From a virus (taxonomy: Duplodnaviria > Caudoviricetes), in IMG/VR virus record IMGVR_UViG_3300046529_000616, positions 3,216-67,215 of that record: 64,000 nt of DNA. The stretch is one strand, 5' to 3'. Positions 45,660-54,323 of this stretch are shown in pieces (within the stretch, counting starts at the first letter, position 1; each line of letters opens with the position of its first letter). The position numbers were made by a program, and so were the translations under genes. The notes under the pieces were generated by a model. The model saw nothing but the letters and a program-made list of their open reading frames with translations. It did no database searches and was not told the DNA's origin.

Positions 45660-46187
45660 CTAGGACGGGGTTGGCGACCCCTCCGACTTCTTCACTACGC
45701 CTGCCATCGAGTCGACGTTCTGGAGGTAGACCTTCCCGTTGTCGGCCGCTTCCGGAGTCCGGATGATCACGTCCCGGTCACGGAAGACTTCCTGGGTCTC
45801 GGCGGTTGGGTTACCGTCGGTGTCGATCTTCATGTTGGTTCGGACCGACACGGCGGGGGAAAAGCCCAGGGTTTCCAGAAACCGACGCAAAATCTTCATT
45901 GCGTTCGGAGTCAGGTAGAAGTTCGCCGATGCCTCGTAGTCGGAAAGAGCGAAGCCCTGCGATTTCAAGTCTTCGATGACCTTCGCCGGCACGTCGGCGC
46001 CGGGGTCGGTCAACTTCGCCGTGAACCGATACAGTGGCGTTTCCTTTCGGGAACTCCGGTCGGCGTAGACCCCGGTGATCTTGCCGTAGAAGGTCTTCTT
46101 TGGGGGCAGGTCTGGTAAGTCGAGGAACTCCCCCATCGGCTTGTCGAGAAGGCCAGCGAGATCGACGGGTTCGGTAGGATCGGACAT
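45660..46187 (-). CDS. Putative single-stranded DNA-binding protein (DUF669-like)
   Basis: AAGGA RBS; LPPKKTFYGKITG...F.LT.NA...L..F pattern; in the replication/recombination block. Confidence 0.5.
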   Translation of the reverse strand: MSDPTEPVDLAGLLDKPMGEFLDLPDLPPKKTFYGKITGVYADRSSRKETPLYRFTAKLTDPGADVPAKVIEDLKSQGFALSDYEASANFYLTPNAMKILRRFLETLGFSPAVSVRTNMKIDTDGNPTAETQEVFRDRDVIIRTPEAADNGKVYLQNVDSMAGVVKKSEGSPTPS

Positions 46188-46231
46188 GAGATTGTTTCCT
46201 TGTTGAAGTTGAAAAAACGTCTGTGTCGGAA

Positions 46232-46813
46232 TTAGGAAGAGGGTTCAGATTTTGATTCTGGTCCTCCTTCCGTTTCCGTTTCGGGTTTTGGATTCAGCAA
46301 CTCGTTGGCGAGCTGGGTTTTCGCTTCGATCTCGTCTCTGAGTTGGAGAATGGCGCGGGGGTAGTTTTCGACTTCGAGGGTTCCGTAGCCCCGAGTGGTT
46401 TTGATTTGGAGTCGTTTGAGCAAGTCTTCAGCTTCGAGCCACGCCTTGCGGAGTTCAGCGGTTCGGGCGATCAAGGCTCGGGTCTGAATGGTATTGGGAT
46501 AGATATGGTCGCCTACTTCGGCGCCGGTGATGGAATTGGAGCGGCGGTTGATGCGGTCGATTTCGATGATGTGGCCATTGGAGTTCACAACCCGTGCTGA
46601 GAATTTAAGATTCTTCATTTCGAGTTGGCGGGTCTCGTTGGCTCGCTTCTCGACTTCTTGGCAGGCGGCCCTGAAGGAATCGCAAACCAGATACTTCCCG
46701 TCGAACTCAGGGCCGTCGACGTTCCAGGCCAGATCGTCTCGAAGGGTTATGGTATGTCCCATAAACCTGCGGACATAAAACGGCATCTTTTCGATTTGTT
46801 CGGAATCAGGCAT
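46232..46813 (-). CDS. Hypothetical protein
   Basis: 193 aa; AAAGG RBS. Confidence 0.6.
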   Translation of the reverse strand: MPDSEQIEKMPFYVRRFMGHTITLRDDLAWNVDGPEFDGKYLVCDSFRAACQEVEKRANETRQLEMKNLKFSARVVNSNGHIIEIDRINRRSNSITGAEVGDHIYPNTIQTRALIARTAELRKAWLEAEDLLKRLQIKTTRGYGTLEVENYPRAILQLRDEIEAKTQLANELLNPKPETETEGGPESKSEPSS

Positions 46814-46852
46814 GGAAAGAGTCCCTTTCTGGAGTCGGAGGATACAAAAGCC

Positions 46853-47494
46853 CTATCTTTTTCCGAAACCCTGCGGGGCTTTGACGCCGGATTTCTTGCC
46901 GTCGGTATCTTCGCCCTCGCGGACGATGTTCAACAGCATTTCGGCGGTATATCTCTTCCCGTAGGAAAGCGTTGATCCCATTGCCTGGTTTGTGTTTCTG
47001 CCCGGGCCGGAATCGAGCTGAAGGGTCATTGACGCTGAACGAGAATGCCCGTCTTTGTGGGACAGGATTCCGGTGACTCGAATTCCGGTATTGGTGTCCA
47101 TGCTGTCGAAGCCCAAGACAAAGCCGAACTCGGCCATGAGTGGTCGGATGATCTTGTCCATGTCTTCCCATTTGGCAAAAGGATAACTTCCCTTTCCTTC
47201 CCCCAGGGAAACTCGCCCGTTCTTTGGAATCTGGGGCATCTTGGCGGCCAACTGGGCTAGATCCCGACTGAATGAAATCTCTCCCTGTCGAACCTCCATT
47301 TTGTGTTGCATGTCCAAGAGAACTTGAAGTTTCTGGATGTCTAGGGAATCGTCCCGGGCCATCGACAGAATTACTGCCAGAACTTTCTCTGGGTTAGATT
47401 CAGATACAGCTCCTGATTCAGATACTGTTGGTAGGCTCTGGGGCGAGGATTCTGAGTCGGTAATCTTCGCTGGGAGGTTCTCGGTTTCAGGCAT
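46853..47494 (-). CDS. erf: ERF-family ssDNA annealing protein
   Basis: YPFAKWEDM..IIRP, GSTLSYGKRY...NI and EDTDG motifs. Confidence 0.8.
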   Translation of the reverse strand: MPETENLPAKITDSESSPQSLPTVSESGAVSESNPEKVLAVILSMARDDSLDIQKLQVLLDMQHKMEVRQGEISFSRDLAQLAAKMPQIPKNGRVSLGEGKGSYPFAKWEDMDKIIRPLMAEFGFVLGFDSMDTNTGIRVTGILSHKDGHSRSASMTLQLDSGPGRNTNQAMGSTLSYGKRYTAEMLLNIVREGEDTDGKKSGVKAPQGFGKR

Positions 47495-47672
47495 TGGGGT
47501 CGTCCTTGGGAATCTCACCAGCGAGATTTTTTATGTGCTCTCCGTAGCCTCGCAGACAGCTCGCAACGGCTCGCGGCAAGGCGGCCAAGTCCTTTGCGTG
47601 CCAATAATGTCCGCGGGGGTCGTGGACCTGGATTTTGTTTTCTTTGTCGATGATGATTTCAAGACGTATCAT
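47487..47672 (-). CDS. Hypothetical protein
   Basis: ATGA overlap; 61 aa. Confidence 0.55.
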   Translation of the reverse strand: MIRLEIIIDKENKIQVHDPRGHYWHAKDLAALPRAVASCLRGYGEHIKNLAGEIPKDDPNA

Positions 47673-47857
47673 GGGGAGGAGTCCTTCTCCGTTTCTAACT
47701 CAAATTCCATAAACTCCCAGACTTCTTGGAGTGCTCTTAACTCTCCGCAAGCATATCCGTTGCCGTAGGAGCCTTGAGCGACTCGTTGGGAAGTCTGTTG
47801 GTCGTCGCGGGCTTGGACGATCTTGTCCTCTAGCCAGGATTGGAGGTCTTTAGACAT
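47669..47857 (-). CDS. Hypothetical protein
   Basis: Likely start 47857 coupled to the upstream stop. Confidence 0.5.
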   Translation of the reverse strand: MSKDLQSWLEDKIVQARDDQQTSQRVAQGSYGNGYACGELRALQEVWEFMEFELETEKDSSP

Positions 47858-48173
47858 TTTCACTACCCCACCAGGCGTCGGATCGGGCTTCTGTCCAACC
47901 CAGGTTGTGGACATGGTGCCATTTCAGTAAAGTTTTAATCGGAACTTTGTCGTAGATGGCGCGCATGATTGGGTGGATATAGGTATGTTTCCTGTTGGGA
48001 GCCCAATCGTCGTAGTTGGATGGTTTTAAGTCGGATAAGTCTTCGGGCCAATTCCAGAAATTAAATGTGTTCCACCAACGACAGAGGGTTTCTTCCGACT
48101 GGTCGAGGTCGATTGCCCAGAGGTCGAGGATTTTCATGTCGAGGACTTTCGTTTCAGCCATCGTATTTCTCAT
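47850..48173 (-). CDS. Trp-rich hypothetical protein
   Basis: 107 aa, packed in the operon. Confidence 0.55.
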   Translation of the reverse strand: MRNTMAETKVLDMKILDLWAIDLDQSEETLCRWWNTFNFWNWPEDLSDLKPSNYDDWAPNRKHTYIHPIMRAIYDKVPIKTLLKWHHVHNLGWTEARSDAWWGSENV

Positions 48174-48372
48174 AGGTTTGAGACCTGGCTGCTAGATTGA
48201 GTCGGTTAAGCCAACTCATTAGCTCGTTTTGGTCGAGAAAATGAATGGTCAGTTGGTCGTTGTCTTGGATGTCGATTTCGATTCGAACCGCATTGGTTGT
48301 GTCACGACGAACTACCCGAACCGCTCCGGATACTCCAGGATGGATGTCGCCAATTTCAATTTCGATCTTCAT
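48154..48372 (-). CDS. Hypothetical protein
   Basis: AAGGA RBS; 72 aa. Confidence 0.55.
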   Translation of the reverse strand: MKIEIEIGDIHPGVSGAVRVVRRDTTNAVRIEIDIQDNDQLTIHFLDQNELMSWLNRLNLAARSQTYEKYDG

Positions 48373-48385
48373 TGGAGTTGGATCC

Positions 48386-49483
48386 TTATCGAGGGATTAA
48401 GGGGTCCCAGATTCTCTTTGGATAGAAGTTTTCTAGGATTTCGGGCCGAGAAGCTGGGTCAGCAGAGCACACGGGGCGAAATTGGCATTGCATGTAGCCG
48501 AAGCCGCAGCTGGTTTCTCGCATGGGCCAGTCATTTAATCTGACATTCTCTTCCAGTTCGGAGATGTATCGTTTGAAGCCCTTGAGAAATTCTTCGAAGT
48601 GTTCAGGAACACGTAATGCCTCGCGTCTTCGAAATCTGGTTCCGTTTACAAGAACCTGACATCCGTCGACAATTATGCCTCCGACTTCGTCCGGGAAAAT
48701 TACTTGGGCCGCGAGAGAATAGAGCGTCATTTGAATGTCGGGGGAGTATTGATCGAAATAATTGTCATCGAGGGCGTATTTGGTTGTCTTTTTGTCGAGG
48801 ACGTAGATTAAACTCCCGATCCTGACGACTCGGTCCATATGACCGCAAAGAAGATACTCTTCCCCGCTGGGGGCAAGGAAGTCTTCGTCTTCGAGAAGGT
48901 CGTTGAGTGGGAAGCGGAAAGATAATTCAACTGCTGGCTTGCCGTTTTCGAGAGTTAGGGTTTCTAGCTTTTCGTCCTTGAAATAGTCGAGATACCAGAT
49001 GGTTGTTCGGAGAAGGGTTTTCAGAGACTTTGTTGGTTCGGTACTGATCCAGGGGGACTTGTTCTTATGGTCGAAGGAATAGTAGAGTAGCCACCTGACA
49101 ACTACTAAGATCGCATCGTCGTGGCCGATGCCGGACCTGATGCTTCGGAGGAATTTTTCTTCGAGACCAGTCTTTCGAAGTTGACGATACAGCTTCCAGT
49201 CCCAATTTCCAATTACCAACTTTGTGTAAAGTTCTGTTCCAGCGTGGAATAAGGTTCCGAAAAATAAATGCGGATTTAGTCCTGTTCCGGAAAGGCTATG
49301 ACCCAAGACGATGGAGTAGTAGTAGTTCCGCCAGCACTTTTTTCCGGCTTTGATGGAAGTGGAGTCATGGGCGATCTGGAGATGGGGAATGGTTGCTGAG
49401 AAGCTGGAATTGAGACTGACACCGAGGAGTATTTCGGTTTCATGTTCAACCGCTTCTACTGTGTCGAGGAGGTTTACGAGCAT
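48386..49483 (-). CDS. PD-(D/E)xK (RecB/Cas4-like) exonuclease
   Basis: C at KKCWR, GHMDRV...VLDKKTT, QMTLY and C..C.F..VC C-terminal Cys cluster. Confidence 0.8.
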   Translation of the reverse strand: MLVNLLDTVEAVEHETEILLGVSLNSSFSATIPHLQIAHDSTSIKAGKKCWRNYYYSIVLGHSLSGTGLNPHLFFGTLFHAGTELYTKLVIGNWDWKLYRQLRKTGLEEKFLRSIRSGIGHDDAILVVVRWLLYYSFDHKNKSPWISTEPTKSLKTLLRTTIWYLDYFKDEKLETLTLENGKPAVELSFRFPLNDLLEDEDFLAPSGEEYLLCGHMDRVVRIGSLIYVLDKKTTKYALDDNYFDQYSPDIQMTLYSLAAQVIFPDEVGGIIVDGCQVLVNGTRFRRREALRVPEHFEEFLKGFKRYISELEENVRLNDWPMRETSCGFGYMQCQFRPVCSADPASRPEILENFYPKRIWDPLIPR

Positions 49484-49677
49484 TTTCTGTCTCGTAGCAT
49501 TTGGTATATTTTATCTCTCATAACGCGAACTTTTTCTTGTTGAGAGTTTGTATACCATTGAGGTTCGCGCGCTAGCATATTATCGAATGCTAGTTTGATT
49601 TCCTCCATTTCGTTTTGAGTGATGTTCAAGCTAAATGTTCTTTGTTGCGGAGGAGGGGTTGTCTCTTTGATGTCCAT
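49474..49677 (-). CDS. Hypothetical protein
   Basis: AAGGA RBS before ATG 49677. Confidence 0.55.
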   Translation of the reverse strand: MDIKETTPPPQQRTFSLNITQNEMEEIKLAFDNMLAREPQWYTNSQQEKVRVMRDKIYQMLRDRKCS

Positions 49678-49690
49678 TGTGATTGGTTCC

Positions 49691-49774
49691 TTACCTTCGC
49701 CGGGTCCAAGTGGCGATGCCGACAACGGCAAGGCCGAGAAGAAGGATGTAATGAATCAGCATCAGGTCGCGCAT
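49691..49774 (-). CDS. 27-aa membrane peptide
   Basis: MRDLMLIHYILLLGLAVVGIATWTRRR*; GAGGA RBS; fills the intergenic gap. Confidence 0.5.
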   Translation of the reverse strand: MRDLMLIHYILLLGLAVVGIATWTRRR

Positions 49775-49783
49775 AGAGTCCTC

Positions 49784-50068
49784 CTACAGTTCGATGTCGA
49801 CAGCTTGGGAGTGGGTTTTTCGTTCCCGAACTTTCGGGGTTTTGTTCTGGTCTTCTTGGGTCCAACGATAGGCTTGCGCCCGGACCATGTTGACGAAAGA
49901 GGTTAAGTCCTTGTCGGTAATTCGACCTGGAAGCCCAGCGACAAGGTTCTGGTTGATCCGATCCAGAAGTTCATCGACCGCTTTTGGATCTGCTTCGGAG
50001 AGGGGCGAGTCTCCGTCGAGAAGGTCGAGAGCACCGCGAAGGGCAGCGGTCAGGTTGGGATCAGCCAT
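49784..50068 (-). CDS. Early hypothetical protein ending in the AVDIEL tag
   Basis: 94 aa; C-terminus SQAVDIEL*. Confidence 0.65.
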   Translation of the reverse strand: MADPNLTAALRGALDLLDGDSPLSEADPKAVDELLDRINQNLVAGLPGRITDKDLTSFVNMVRAQAYRWTQEDQNKTPKVRERKTHSQAVDIEL

Positions 50069-50273
50069 TGGATGGTTTTCCTGGAGCTACGAAACGCCAC
50101 TTGGTTTGGATACGGACGCCGTCCAGTTCGATAGTTACGTCGCCGTCTTGGAAGACTTCGATGACTTGACAGGGACGTGGACGGGCGGCAACTTGGTCGT
50201 AATAGAGTCCGGGCATGTCTCCAGTGACTCTGCCCATGCCCAGGTCGTAGCCAGCGCGTTCGATGGAAGGCAT
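50061..50273 (-). CDS. Hypothetical protein (SH3/Tudor-like)
   Basis: RPCQVIEVFQDGDVTIELDG beta pattern. Confidence 0.5.
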   Translation of the reverse strand: MPSIERAGYDLGMGRVTGDMPGLYYDQVAARPRPCQVIEVFQDGDVTIELDGVRIQTKWRFVAPGKPSNG

Positions 50274-50277
50274 TTGG

Positions 50278-50508
50278 TTATGCTCCGGGAATAGTGTCTT
50301 GGCCGAGACCTTTGAGTTCTACGTTTTTCCAGTAGTCAAGAATCACGAGAAGCTCTTGTCGGACTCGGGCAATTCGCGCGGCTTCAGAAGCGTTCGGACG
50401 GATCTGTTTTAGGGACTGATCCAGATGGTCAAGTCTTCGTTGGATGTCGGAGAGGAATTCGTCCTTGAGTTCGGAGATGGTTCTGGCGTGGGAGACGTAT
50501 TGGGCCAT
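50278..50508 (-). CDS. Hypothetical coiled-coil protein
   Basis: AAGGA RBS; 76 aa. Confidence 0.6.
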   Translation of the reverse strand: MAQYVSHARTISELKDEFLSDIQRRLDHLDQSLKQIRPNASEAARIARVRQELLVILDYWKNVELKGLGQDTIPGA

Positions 50509-50521
50509 GGAGGGAGTCCTT

Positions 50522-50719
50522 TCAGCTTTCTATCTTGTCCAAGGCTTCGCGCTGCTTTGCTTTCATCTGAAGCACAACGGAATGGACCATCTGTCGGATG
50601 ATGGCATTTTCGCCCGATCCGCCGGAGCTGGCGATTTCTCGGATGAATTCCAAGTCGTCTTCCCAAAGCCTATGACAGACTCGGACTTTGGGTACATCGC
50701 GGTCGGAAGAAGCGGGCAT
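50522..50719 (-). CDS. Possible ribbon-helix-helix DNA-binding protein
   Basis: KVRVCHRL beta strand followed by two helices (EDDLEFIREIA; ENAIIRQMV). Confidence 0.45.
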   Translation of the reverse strand: MPASSDRDVPKVRVCHRLWEDDLEFIREIASSGGSGENAIIRQMVHSVVLQMKAKQREALDKIES

Positions 50720-50907
50720 CAGGAGTTCCTTTTGGAGTCGAAGTCACCGGAACGGATTCTGTGCATAAATTTTAGAATGGCGTTTTCGGTTAGATTATAT
50801 GGCGGATCATGGTTGAGCAAAAGATGTTCCAATGCTTCTGGAGTCATGCCTGTTGGAGCATAACCAAACCATAACAATGCCCATTCAAGTAATAGAGCGT
50901 AACTCAA
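50719..50907 (-). CDS. Hypothetical protein
   Basis: ATGA overlap; 62 aa. Confidence 0.55.
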   Translation of the reverse strand: MSYALLLEWALLWFGYAPTGMTPEALEHLLLNHDPPYNLTENAILKFMHRIRSGDFDSKRNS

Positions 50908-51209
50908 AGGTCGATCTCCACTTCGTCTTTTTCGGGGTTTTCGTCCGGGTCGTCTGGCATAGGGACGTTGGGAGTGTTGATGACCCAGATTTTGTTTTCG
51001 GGTTCAGTGGGATGTAACCGGACTTGAATGTGTTGCCAGTCTCGATTTTCTTTCTTAAACCGATACAATATCTGTTTTGCTCTAAGGGCTGGGGAGGGAA
51101 GGTCGCCGACGACTTCGACCTTGACTTCGAGTCCGATGTCAGACATCGCGGCCCGAGTCAGAATCTGTCGAGCGTTTTGGGCGAGGAGTGAGTTGTTGTC
51201 GGAAGGCAT
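50904..51209 (-). CDS. Early hypothetical protein ending in the EVEIDL tag
   Basis: 101 aa; C-terminus KDEVEIDL*. Confidence 0.65.
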   Translation of the reverse strand: MPSDNNSLLAQNARQILTRAAMSDIGLEVKVEVVGDLPSPALRAKQILYRFKKENRDWQHIQVRLHPTEPENKIWVINTPNVPMPDDPDENPEKDEVEIDL

Positions 51210-51212
51210 GGT

Positions 51213-51473
51213 TCAGATGCTCCACTCTGGCGCTTTGATAACGACCAGTCCTGTTGGATCATCGAGGAGTCCGAGGCCGATTAGTCTATCACCACAAATG
51301 GAATTGAAATCTTGTTGAAGGATTATTGTCGGTTCGAGTTCGGAGACCCAATGCTGGAGCATTTGGTAGATCATAAACTCTCGCCGAAGATTTATCGACC
51401 GAGCGAGACGATTGGTATGCTGACTCAGGAGGTCTGAGTCTACCATTGGTGGAAGGGGTTTAAGACTGAACAT
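51213..51473 (-). CDS. Hypothetical protein
   Basis: AAGGA RBS; 86 aa. Confidence 0.55.
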   Translation of the reverse strand: MFSLKPLPPMVDSDLLSQHTNRLARSINLRREFMIYQMLQHWVSELEPTIILQQDFNSICGDRLIGLGLLDDPTGLVVIKAPEWSI

Positions 51474-51480
51474 AAGAGTC

Positions 51481-51774
51481 TTATCCCAGTTCGATGTCGA
51501 TGGCGTTGGAATATTCGAGTCGGAGTTCTAGGCCGATCGCCGCGAGGGATTGGGAATAGGCGTCGACTTTTGCTTCGACGCGGGTCTTGGCTCGTTCGAT
51601 GATGGAGGGGTCGATGGAAAGCAGCTGGTCGATGTGGATTTCTAGGGCTGAGTCCTTGGGAAGCGGGAGTGGCGGGTCGAGCTTGGATAATTTATCCTCG
51701 ATGATTGCGGTCGCTAACGCCCGAGCTTCGCGGGAGATTAGGTCTTCGAGACTTGCTTTTTTGGTATTGGCCAT
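51481..51774 (-). CDS. Early hypothetical protein ending in the AIDIELG tag
   Basis: 97 aa; C-terminus SNAIDIELG*. Confidence 0.65.
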   Translation of the reverse strand: MANTKKASLEDLISREARALATAIIEDKLSKLDPPLPLPKDSALEIHIDQLLSIDPSIIERAKTRVEAKVDAYSQSLAAIGLELRLEYSNAIDIELG

Positions 51775-51783
51775 TTTTTATTC

Positions 51784-52191
51784 CTAGAGAAGAGAATCCA
51801 GGTCGATGTCGATAGCTTGGTTTTTTCTTTTTGGTTTTTTATCGGCGGCCCGTAGGTCTCGAACTTGGTCTTCGATGCTTGGTTCGCCGAAGAAGATTCC
51901 GGCCTCGCGCTGTTTGACTTGCCAGGAAAGGCTGACAGAAAAGGAAAGAGACAAGGCTCGAATCTCGTCGGAACTTGGCGGTTCGTCGAGGATGATGTGG
52001 AGGTTGTATCCCCGATCGAGGATGGCGAATCTTCCGGACTTGAGGGGAATTACAAGAACCGCGACGTTGGAATACTTTAGCGACAGGGCTTCTTGAGCAT
52101 CTGGGTTTGTGACCGGGTCGAGGTCAGGATTAAGTTCCTGATCCTCTACCAGTTCGAGTTGGAGTTCCTCTGAGTCGGTAATGTTGGCCAT
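51784..52191 (-). CDS. Early hypothetical protein ending in the AIDIDLDSLL tag
   Basis: 135 aa; first gene after the predicted promoter at 52201-52229. Confidence 0.65.
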   Translation of the reverse strand: MANITDSEELQLELVEDQELNPDLDPVTNPDAQEALSLKYSNVAVLVIPLKSGRFAILDRGYNLHIILDEPPSSDEIRALSLSFSVSLSWQVKQREAGIFFGEPSIEDQVRDLRAADKKPKRKNQAIDIDLDSLL

Positions 52192-52200
52192 CTGTCGGTT

Positions 52201-52229
52201 AGCCTATCATGGGGAGGGGAGGTAGGCAA
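52201..52229 (-). promoter_or_regulatory. Putative sigma70-type promoter (TTGCCT-N17-TAGGCT) with two upstream AGGCATAC boxes
   Basis: Spacing read directly; boxes at 52242-52249 and 52267-52274. Confidence 0.45.
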
Positions 52230-52276
52230 GGGGAAGGAAAGAGGCATACATGGAAGGGGCTTCAGTAGGCATACAT

Positions 52277-52507
52277 TTATTTTACGACTCTTAACTTTGG
52301 TTTCTTCTCTAGGTCACGCCAAGGTGTGATAGGTTTGCTTACACGAACGTCACGGAGAGAGTCGAACAACAAGTCTTCTGGAGGACGATTGCCGCCAAAA
52401 GTTTCTAGATTGGTTATGATACAGTTTCGGATTTCGGCGAAGTCGACTCCTGTTGGTACTTTGAATTCCAAGAGAACTTGGATTGTTTTCAATCGTTCTT
52501 TTCTCAT
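52277..52507 (-). CDS. Hypothetical protein with C-terminal LRVVK
   Basis: 76 aa ending KKPKLRVVK*. Confidence 0.6.
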   Translation of the reverse strand: MRKERLKTIQVLLEFKVPTGVDFAEIRNCIITNLETFGGNRPPEDLLFDSLRDVRVSKPITPWRDLEKKPKLRVVK

Positions 52508-52575
52508 TTCTTTTTCTCCGGGAGAGCTTTAAGGGCGGCGTCTATTGGACGACGGAAAATTCCTTGGCCATTGCA

Positions 52576-52920
52576 TCAAAGGTCCAGGTCGATGTCGATT
52601 GCTGAGGAATGTTTTTCTTTTTGTTTTTCTTTTCGGGGCTTGGATCCAGAGCCAGACTCAGACACAGACACAGACACAGATTCAGATTTATGCACTGGGG
52701 AGGGATTTTCTTTCGGGTCGGATAGCTTTCGCCCCGTCTTGGGTTCGGTGATGTTGGCGAAACGAGTCGCCAGTTCTTTGATTTCGTGAAGGTAGGCTGT
52801 TACTTTCATCTCCGCCCGGTCTCGTTGGTCGCGGAGACTCTCGGCGAGTGAAATTACGGCTTCGATGTTGCCGGCGTCGAGAAGGGCTCGAATGGCTGAG
52901 TTAAGCGAGGGTTCAGACAT
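52576..52920 (-). CDS. Early coiled-coil protein ending in the AIDIDLDL tag
   Basis: GGAG RBS before ATG 52920; SV repeat, then HSSAIDIDLDL*. Confidence 0.65.
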   Translation of the reverse strand: MSEPSLNSAIRALLDAGNIEAVISLAESLRDQRDRAEMKVTAYLHEIKELATRFANITEPKTGRKLSDPKENPSPVHKSESVSVSVSESGSGSKPRKEKQKEKHSSAIDIDLDL

Positions 52921-53140
52921 TGTTCTTCTCCAGAATTTGGCGCGATTTCTGGGCGGCTTCAATGTAGCCTTTGTGATCGGTGTCGATCAGAAGCTGAAGC
53001 AGGTCGTTAGCAAGGAAGAAGTCGAGGTCGAGATGGTTTTTGTTGAAGATGTCGAGGAGCTTTTCGAGGCGCTCTCGGTTTCTTGGCTCAGAGTAGGATT
53101 CGATGCGTTCGGGAGTCATGATGATGCTGGGTTGAGACAT
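52913..53140 (-). CDS. Hypothetical protein
   Basis: 75 aa, packed in the operon. Confidence 0.55.
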   Translation of the reverse strand: MSQPSIIMTPERIESYSEPRNRERLEKLLDIFNKNHLDLDFFLANDLLQLLIDTDHKGYIEAAQKSRQILEKNNV

Positions 53141-53145
53141 TGGAA

Positions 53146-53232
53146 TTAAAACTCCGCAAAGAGGGCAAAGAGGGCGGCAATGAGAACGACTCCCGCCAGG
53201 AAGTTGATGACGTTGTTGAAGAGATTGGTCAT
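53146..53232 (-). CDS. 28-aa membrane peptide
   Basis: MTNLFNNVINFLAGVVLIAALFALFAEF*; ATGA overlap with upstream gene. Confidence 0.5.
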   Translation of the reverse strand: MTNLFNNVINFLAGVVLIAALFALFAEF

Positions 53233-53417
53233 TGAAGTTCCTTTAGAATTGCGTCGCGAATTCGATAGAAGCGGATTTTGAGGTCTGTTGGCACCTCGGC
53301 TTCGTTGACTTCGACGTCGAAGTTGGAGATTTTCCGCCAACGTCCACCAACATCGCGGGAGCTGGCACGGAAGTTCCAGTCATTCGATCGAAGATCGAGA
53401 CCAAAAAGCTCTTTCAT
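53229..53417 (-). CDS. Hypothetical protein
   Basis: ATGA overlaps; AAGGA RBS. Confidence 0.55.
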   Translation of the reverse strand: MKELFGLDLRSNDWNFRASSRDVGGRWRKISNFDVEVNEAEVPTDLKIRFYRIRDAILKELQ

Positions 53418-54031
53418 GAGTCCTTTTCCTTTCTCTCAAAGGTTCCGAGAAGTCTGTCATAGAGGAAGAATTTCAATCCTTCGTAGTTTCCTTTTTCTAC
53501 GTCGGCAAGTTTGCCCGAGCGGATTTCGCCGTTGAGGAAATAGATTACGTTTTTGGTTTCGTAGGAAATGACTCGAATGTCCATGAAACCGAGTTCGACC
53601 AAGGCGTCGAGGACGGCGCGGAGATTGCCAACGATAGTTGTTCCGGCCTTCGTCGGGTCGATGATGATTATTGTAACCGCGAGATTCTGTATCCCGACTT
53701 GTTCTTCAGGCTTTTTTAAATTTATTTCTGAGGGATAATAGGCTACCATGAGTCCGGACAAATCTGGTCTCATGAAGTCTTCGCCCAGGCCGGATTTCCA
53801 GGCACAAGCGAAGGTAGAGCAGGCGACAGGTCTACTTTCGTAGATCGAGCATCGTTTGCACGGATCGGTTCCGTCGAGCTTGGAACAAGATTGGTTTGGG
53901 TATTTTTTCAAGGCTTCAATGCCGACAACGACACAACAGGCATAGCATTCCCCGCAAGGACGGAGGTTCAACCCAGATTCAGACACAGATACAGATTCAG
54001 ATTCAGGCACTGGGGCTTCAGTTTCAGACAT
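53414..54031 (-). CDS. Second YkgJ/CxxCxxCC-family protein
   Basis: CGECYACC...CSIYESRPVACSTFAC.W...RPD. Confidence 0.75.
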   Translation of the reverse strand: MSETEAPVPESESVSVSESGLNLRPCGECYACCVVVGIEALKKYPNQSCSKLDGTDPCKRCSIYESRPVACSTFACAWKSGLGEDFMRPDLSGLMVAYYPSEINLKKPEEQVGIQNLAVTIIIIDPTKAGTTIVGNLRAVLDALVELGFMDIRVISYETKNVIYFLNGEIRSGKLADVEKGNYEGLKFFLYDRLLGTFERKEKDS

Positions 54032-54035
54032 GGCT

Positions 54036-54323
54036 TCAGTTTCCTTGAAAGATCAGAAGGAGAATTGTTGCTTGGATTTTGTTGAAGATTTCTGGGACTT
54101 CTTCCATGTCCGATCGGCCGTGGATTGAGAGAACTTTTCCGAGCAGGTTGGAGAGAAGTTCGCAGATTTCGTGAGCGGTTCGGATGTCGTGTTTTTCGAG
54201 GATTTCGACGATTTCGATTCCGACTGTTCCGATCCGATTTATTCTAGCGGCTTCTTCATCCGTACGTCCGGTTTCTTCGGCCCGGGAAATTAGGGTTTTG
54301 AGTTCGTCGATTCGGGTGGTCAT
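54036..54323 (-). CDS. Hypothetical protein
   Basis: ATGA overlap; 95 aa. Confidence 0.6.
   Translation of the reverse strand: MTTRIDELKTLISRAEETGRTDEEAARINRIGTVGIEIVEILEKHDIRTAHEICELLSNLLGKVLSIHGRSDMEEVPEIFNKIQATILLLIFQGN

Noticed and set aside
45402-46118. 238-aa plus-strand ORF
   Set aside because: Antisense shadow of the SSB-like and CHC2 genes.
48386-49483. Cas4 as part of a CRISPR system
   Set aside because: Stand-alone RecB/Cas4-like exonuclease near ERF, the usual phage recombination pair.
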